From positions 682,001-720,772 of the forward strand of contig JASANG010000753.1 in NCBI GenBank assembly GCA_030248215.1: 38,772 nt of DNA, in the 5' to 3' direction. The notes beneath the pieces were generated by a model that worked only from the letters and a program-made list of their open reading frames with translations, did not search any database and was not told the DNA's origin. Of this stretch, positions 33,101 through 38,772 are shown piece by piece; within the stretch, counting starts at the first letter, position 1, and every line of letters begins with the position of its first letter. Origin of the DNA: Enoplolaimus lenunculus (Eukaryota). Position numbers and translations under genes: made by a program.

Positions 33101-36100
33101 ACTGAACGTTCCCGTTGGGCACTGTCCAATATCGTACCTCTGATCAACATAAAGTAGACGACCTTCAAGGTTGAGCCGAGCATTGAATTCGTGTTCAACT
33201 TGACTATGATGATTTGACCCGTTTGCGTTCTGTGTAACTGGATCATCTGAAAATATGTTGGCTCTTGTACCCTTCGTTCGCAGTCAACGGTAAGGCCTAA
33301 TACGAAAAATGCTTAGGCCATTGGCCAACACGCCTTGCTGAGGGGTCGAAAAAATTTTCAGAAGGGGCATACAACGGTTTTCGTTGATTTGCAAGCAAAG
33401 TTGAAAATTTTCCAATGTGTGTAGCGTCTATCACAAGATAGTATTAATACGGTTTCAAATTAGCGAAATTAACCAGCTACGGATGTCAAACTCGCCGTAC
33501 AAGTAGGGCCAGTCAAACGCGAAAAAATATATAGTTGGGCGGAGGTACGGATTCTTGCCTCCGCTGACTAGTTTCAATTAAAATGAATGAAAAAAAATTG
33601 AAAAAATTAAATGGGTCAATTGTTTTCTTACCGTCTGGTTTGACTAGACCTCGAACCGGCTGTAGAAATAAGACTAGAGATTGATAACTATTATACAATG
33701 GGTCTAAAGTATCGACGCTTTGTGATGATAAATCCGCGCTGTCGGATAACGATTCTGCCTTCCTTCCGTCTGTCGGCCACGATTTGATAAATCCAGTACA
33801 AAGAAAAGATTTATAGTCAGGCTCTGAAACATAGAAATGAAACCAAGATCATAAGGGGGCCGATTATAACTTCGAATATTTCTCTAAAAGTATATTTTTG
33901 TTGTCTCCAGAAATTTAGGTAAGCTATATATCCCCTAAATCACCTCTATAGTATATGCTTCGGCTCATGTCCCTGCCCATCCTGCAATGACAACTTACTT
34001 TTGAATGATATTTCACTTGATGTTGAATTGGTCGATTTGTCCCTAAAACAAGTATAGTCGCATAGCAAGTGGACTATCCCTGGACGCACGACTTGGGCTT
34101 GCTTACGGCGTAATTCTTTCTCTGCTACAAGTGCACGACTTGTCACGGATTTTCTGTCTTAATGCCATACTCAAATACGATTATCTGATACAAATACTCT
34201 TCTGATGGGCTAAGAAATCGCAACCTTTCGGCGACCAAACAGTTTGTTTTACTGAGGTAAGTGGAATAAAGCTGGATTAATATTATGTAAATTCGATTTG
34301 AAGTATTTGTCTTAATTCAAAATCTGCTCATGCAACTTTAGTGGCGACAATTTGCACAATTGCAGCTACAAGTTCTCGCAGTAAAAACTTGCACGTGTGA
34401 ACAGGAATTATATACAATACACAAGTAGTATCTTTAAACCAAATTTACTGCATCCTTTTATAATAGCTGAAATAGAAGGGTTCGATTTCAATTTCATTTC
34501 AGGTCATGATAACCTCATTTAAAATTGTTTAAAAATTTTAAATTCCGTTCAAAAATTTCGGGGGATATATTGCTCGGTGTCGCCCCTTGTGATACGCCCT
34601 CTTGGCAAGAATTTCTCGCGAATGTAAGCTTCAGAACTTCAAATGACTATAACGCAAACTTACCGTTCCGGTGGCCCGGATTTAAACCGACAGTAAAACG
34701 AACGTTTTCCGCCGGAAATGAATTGTATACGCGATGTCGACTGGTGTGTGTCGTGTCGCTTTAATTCTAAATCCGTTATAAATTTCAATAAAAAATATTC
34801 AAACTAATAGACAAACTCGACACCGCCAGCGTCAAACGTGCGACTGAGTGAGTCGAATTTGACTCTGGTGGAGTCGAATTTGACTCAGTTTGTGTAGTCC
34901 GGAGGAGCATATTTCGGAGAGAGTCAATTGACTCACCATTTTTTGTAGTGTACATTCTGTAGTACTATATTTTAAAACACATAATAGCTCCTGTTAAATG
35001 TGCTCGCAATTCGGTCTGAAACGAACCTAAGCACTTTTGTTATTAATGCTTATTCTTAACCTACTTTGTTGAGCTGGCAAAGCTTACAAATACAGCGCTG
35101 ATAAGCGTATTTGAAACGAATGAGCACTGCAAAAAAATGGTCAGTCAAATTAACTCTTTCCGAAAGAAGGTGTTCCGCACAGCACAAACTGAGTCAATTT
35201 CAACTCTGCCACAGTCAAACTCGACTCACTGAGCTACTCAGTGATTTGAATATTTAACCCTGGCGCAGTCGAATTTTGACTCAGTTTGTGTAGTCCGGAG
35301 AAGCCTATTTCGGAGAGAGTCAATTTGACTGGAAGTTTGCGAAAATACCTAGTTACAAGAATAAATTTTGCGAATACAAATTTGTGACAGTATTGTCAAA
35401 TGTACTTAGCAGCTATCGACAGTCGATAATGGACCTTAACTGTAGAATCAGCTAATGCTGAGCTCCGAACAACTCAGATTTGATTTGCCGTATTTCTGTG
35501 CAAATCTGAAAACCTATTACTAACTGGTGATAGTCGCTATACGCATTTGAGAATATAAGCCAAGTTTACAGCATACTTCTAGAATCAGTATCATTCTGCT
35601 TGGACCGAACATCATCAATAGGGCAAAGTTGTTGTTTTACCAACTCCAAGTCGTCGTTATGAACGAGCTGAAGACAGCACGTGTCGACAAGACTCTCCTA
35701 AAAATGACGAAAACACAATAGTCACATAGCTATTAAAACCAAGGTTGGGCACCTTAAAAACAAACAACAGGGACGGACAGTATTATGAGTTTATTCCTAA
35801 GCCTAAGCCTAAGCGTAAGAATGAGCTTATTCCTAAGCCTAAGCGTAAGCGTAAGAATGAGCATATTCCTTAGCCTAATCCTAATCCAAGCAAAAAAATA
35901 GTCTAAAGCTTAAGCTTACTCTTTTCTAGTCCCACAGAAGAACGTTCCGCCCTTGATCTTTACATGGACTGAAAATTGTATGGTATATACGCATTAATTT
36001 TGAAGTAAACCTGCTTAATTTTATGTAAATAATGAAAACACAAAGCCTGTTTTTTCTATTTTCCCATTTATTTCCTTTTTTCCGGAAAAAAATGGGAAAT

Positions 36101-38757
36101 CCCGTTTTCCCGTCGATTTAGTTTGGCCGGAAAAAGACCCCCAACGTTGATTAAAATTGCGTGATAGGCTTTTTTGGTTCCTGTAAAGTGTTTTTCTCCT
36201 TGCCCCAGATGCTGATTTTTTCAGCATCCTTCAACGCCGATTAGAAACTCTGACTGGAGTCATAGGTACAACACCTATGTAACACAGCGAACCCAGAAAT
36301 TCAATTCGGTCGGCACTCCGGGGAACGACTTGCTAAGTTCGTGGTTATCAAGACAAACACAAACCTATAAATTCTCTTACAACAAAAATTGCACGATACG
36401 CATAATAAATCTAACCAAGTCAATATTCCACGCCCAAAATGGATTACGTACACACAATTCAGAAAACTCGGTGTACCACTTACAAAATCATAAGCATTAA
36501 AAAGCAGACATAAATGACGTTTCTACAACTCAATTTTAGCTAAAAGAACATACCTCGTTGATTCCAATAATCTTGTGGACATCTCCTGTAACGTGAACAA
36601 TACGTCCGTTATGGCACGCAATGACCATTAGAAAGCCAACGGTCGCCTAAAATATCAAAATTGTTATAAATATATTGAGAACAGTCAATAATATGGGTAA
36701 AATTAAAACTTTGCCAAAAATGTAGAAATGACTAATTTTTAAATATGTTCGAAATTGTTTGACCGTTGTATGCCTCTCGTGAAAAATGTTTAGCCTCCGC
36801 TATCAAAATGATCTGGTCATGTTCCTGGCCATTGCGCAATTTTAAACGCATAAACATGAAAATTGCAGTCCCAACTGCGCGAGTTAATAGTAAGTGTTCA
36901 AACAAGTGGATTATATTCTACTACGGATACTATTTTTAAACTCTGTTTTATGTAATACTTTTTTCCTTACTATCTGAGTTCTTAATTGTACCTGTTGAAG
37001 TAGTTCGAGCAATTGATGTCCTTTCATAAATAACGGTTTTGTTGGTCCTTGTGAGAAATTACTGACAGAGCCTACAAACACGCAAACGTAGCTTATTTAT
37101 TGGCTAAATTATTGTGAACGGCGCATTAAAAGCATTGATGACAACTGGGTACACTTTGCGTACATTGCAAAAAATGATGAATCAAATTGACTCTCTCCGA
37201 AATAGGCTTTTTGGGACTACACAAATTGAGTCTAAATTCGACTCCGCCAGAGTCAAATTTGTTTCACTGGGTCGCACGTTTGACTCTGGCGGAGTTGATT
37301 GGGAATCAGTTTGTGTAGTGCCGAAAAGCCTATTTCGGAAAGAGTCAATTTGACTCACCATTTTTTGCAGTGTACCAATTGCTTAGAACTTATCTTGTAC
37401 TACAGTTTTGCCCATAAGCTGCACTATTTGTGGCGTATGTAGAGGACTTGATGATTTTAACAATTCTCACATAAATATTTTCTGTTTCATCTAAGATCTG
37501 GTTTCAAGCTATGATTCGAACCACAGCATCACAGGTGGAAGGTGATTACCATTAACACTCAACTGCAGGAAATTGACGCTTGAGCCATTGCAGGCAATGT
37601 GGCTACGATATTTGCAACCCAGATTTATATATTTAGGTTCGTGACGAGCTGGGATCCCATTGAAAAATATTTATAAATCTTAACAAAATATACTGTAGTG
37701 ACCCGAATAAGAGGGGGACTGAAATTTATTTGGCCTCTCCAGAGAGTACCCCCCTTGTTATTCGGTTACGGACTGTAGTTGATTTTTAACTTGCACTCCG
37801 CCGCCCTTCGTTACTGATATATATCCGGTACTGCAATTATCCGTTAAACGTTTATTTGTCTTGTGTCAATAGTTTGAGCGATAATGTAAGGTTATACTTA
37901 GGTATGTAAGTTCAAATTTAAGTACGCTTTAACGTTTTGAACTCAAATTATTTGGTCCTGGAGTCATTTATGCGCTACAATTAGGGTTAATTGACATTTA
38001 TGGACTCTAATTAGGGTTTAAGGACCCTATCCGCTTACGGACTCTTATTAGGGATATGGACTCCTATTGATTCGTACTTAATAAGGTGGACCCCCTCTTA
38101 TTCGGGTCAATTCAGTACGCATAAACTAATGGAAATTTAACCGTATAGAACAGTGTCTAAACAAAATTTGAACAATTTTCTATTTAGAGCTATGGTAACA
38201 AACCATTACTAATCTACAATTAATTTGTATACTTAAAAATCGTTTTGAACGTTGCCCAAAATACGTATGTAGAGCGTTCCAGCTTTAATCGTATAGATAA
38301 TACTGAGCGATAGGATTGCGCTATACTTGATGTCCGGTGGCGTGTGTCACCGTCTGTCGCCATACGTTATTGTACTTGAATTATTTGCGTACAATATCGC
38401 ACGGTGACCCCGGACGTCAAATATAGCGAAACCCCACCGCATTATTTTGCACATGCAGTTTGGTCTGTTTACTCCTAGTATATATACCTACATTTGATAT
38501 GCGGGACGGGGTTAAATATTTGCATAATTAATGCTACAGAATGATTATCCTGAAAGTTTGTCATCGGCCTGACCAACTGCGAAATACCTTGTAAATTTTT
38601 GATATGCTGAACGCCACAACGCAACACGGTGAGTTTGTCCAACTTTTGCGGATTGACACCAGAACACACCGGGAGCAGCGATGCGATCTGAGTTATCAAT
38701 TGATTCATTTTATCACGGCGCCGTTTTTCGATTTCACTATGATTTGACGAATTTTTG
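30112..38757 (-). CDS. cyc: bHLH-PAS transcription factor, CYCLE/BMAL1 (ARNTL)-like; 5' partial, 10 exons visible (~396 aa)
   Basis: complement(join(30112..30284,32299..32405,33138..33246,33632..33823,33999..34042,34664..34766,35577..35697,36554..36646,36992..37071,38588..38757)); phases consistent. b[17 protein letters not shown]...[34 protein letters not shown]...[55 protein letters not shown]...LLGY...[25 protein letters not shown], then stop; AATAAA follows at ~30099-30104 (-). bHLH-PAS class is near certain; the cyc/BMAL1 versus ARNT call rests on recalled diagnostic residues. Confidence 0.85.
30298..30439 (+). mobile_element. TTAGGC-bearing Merlin-like MITE (subfamily a, minimal)
   Basis: TSD aatgaatg/aataaatg; 13 bp from the last cyc exon. 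Confidence 0.88.
30508..30679. mobile_element. PIF/Harbinger-like MITE
   Basis: TTA-GGGTGGCGCTATACTT...AAGTATAGCGGCACCC-TTA. Confidence 0.8.
30767..31000. mobile_element. CACACGTGCAAG-TIR MITE fragment
   Basis: CACACGTGCAAGTTTTTGCAGCG start; another fragment ends at ~34405. Confidence 0.6.
31121..31387. mobile_element. piggyBac-like MITE with tRNA-like cassette
   Basis: CCCTTTCTCACAT...ATGAGTGAAAGGG-TTAA; A box TAGCTCAGTGG on minus strand. Confidence 0.82.
31617..31803 (+). mobile_element. Diverged TTAGGC-bearing MITE
   Basis: GGCCCGTGTAACATCAGGGGC start, TTAGGC tract, TTTACATTGG end. Confidence 0.75.
31915..32294. mobile_element. PIF/Harbinger-like MITE with GC-rich internal tandem repeats
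   Basis: Ends CAAGTATAGCGCAATCC-TTA (same TIR as 30508 and 38312 copies); internal CCGTC/GACGG-rich tandem units in both orientations. Confidence 0.75.
32483..32667 (+). mobile_element. TTAGGC-bearing Merlin-like MITE (subfamily c)
   Basis: Perfect 8-bp TSD aatatttg. Confidence 0.92.
32818..33053 (+). mobile_element. TTAGGC-bearing Merlin-like MITE (subfamily a)
   Basis: Perfect 25-bp TIR GGCCCATGTATAGAACAGGGCCGGA; TSD ctgtcacg/ctgtcgcg. Confidence 0.92.
34815..35330. mobile_element. Two partial CACTG fold-back MITEs (~34815-34950 and 35125-35330)
   Basis: TTTGACTCAGTTTGTGTAGTCCGGAG family sequence; one end missing from each. Confidence 0.75.
35745..35970 (-). mobile_element. TTAGGC-bearing MITE (subfamily b)
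   Basis: GCCTAA tract; end GATCTTTACATGGAC. Confidence 0.78.
37163..37372. mobile_element. CACTG-terminated fold-back MITE
   Basis: TA-CATTGCAAAAAATG...CATTTTTTGCAGTG-TA. Confidence 0.88.
37464..37590. mobile_element. piggyBac-like MITE fragment
   Basis: TTCTCACATAAATATTTTCT start; B box GGTTCGAATC on minus at 37513-37522. Confidence 0.6.
37693..38115. mobile_element. Tc1/mariner-like MITE (TA TSD)
   Basis: TA-CTGTAGTGACCCGAATAAGAGGGGG...CCCCTCTTATTCGGGTCAATTCAG-TA; homolog of 10367-10730. Confidence 0.82.
38312..38435. mobile_element. Short PIF/Harbinger-like MITE
   Basis: GGATTGCGCTATACTTGA...TCAAATATAGCGAAACCC. Confidence 0.65.
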
Positions 38758-38772
38758 CTGAAAAAAAAACGA

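Noticed and set aside
34043..34255. Extra cyc exon from ORF 33946-34146 or the acceptor near 34252
   Set aside because: No PAS similarity, and the frame is already satisfied by the 44-nt exon 33999-34042; alternative use cannot be excluded.
38475..38757. Calling the bHLH-PAS gene aha-1/ARNT
   Set aside because: Diagnostic residues in the bHLH, PAS and PAC regions match CYC/BMAL1 instead; a phylogeny is still needed.
1..38772. Autonomous transposase or reverse transcriptase
   Set aside because: No ORF with DDE, RT or helicase motifs was seen; all elements here are non-autonomous.

Overview
AT-rich, intron-rich eukaryotic DNA, almost certainly nematode: it holds a cuticle collagen, a cuticlin-type ZP protein and abundant TTAGGC repeats. 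A basal (non-Caenorhabditis) lineage is an inference only. Three spliced genes were rebuilt by hand with consistent intron phases. (1) A 12-exon cuticlin-like ZP-domain transmembrane gene on + (7179-27688, ~812 aa). (2) A complete 5-exon cuticle collagen on - (19043-23335, 315 aa), nested inside intron 10 of the ZP gene. (3) A 5'-partial 10-exon bHLH-PAS gene on - (30112-38757). Its diagnostic residues are CYCLE/BMAL1-type rather than ARNT/AHA-1-type, and it stops right after the PAC motif, like Drosophila CYC. Introns and intergenic DNA are packed with non-autonomous DNA transposons. The dominant family has about 25 copies with GGCC ends, 8-9 bp TSDs (Merlin-like) and internal telomeric TTAGGC arrays, including a triple-nested insertion. 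Also present: TTAA/CCC piggyBac-like MITEs with a tRNA-like A/B-box cassette, CACTG fold-back elements, hAT-like, Harbinger-like and Tc1/mariner-like MITEs, and several minisatellites. Most ORFs in the supplied track are repeat artefacts or exon read-throughs.
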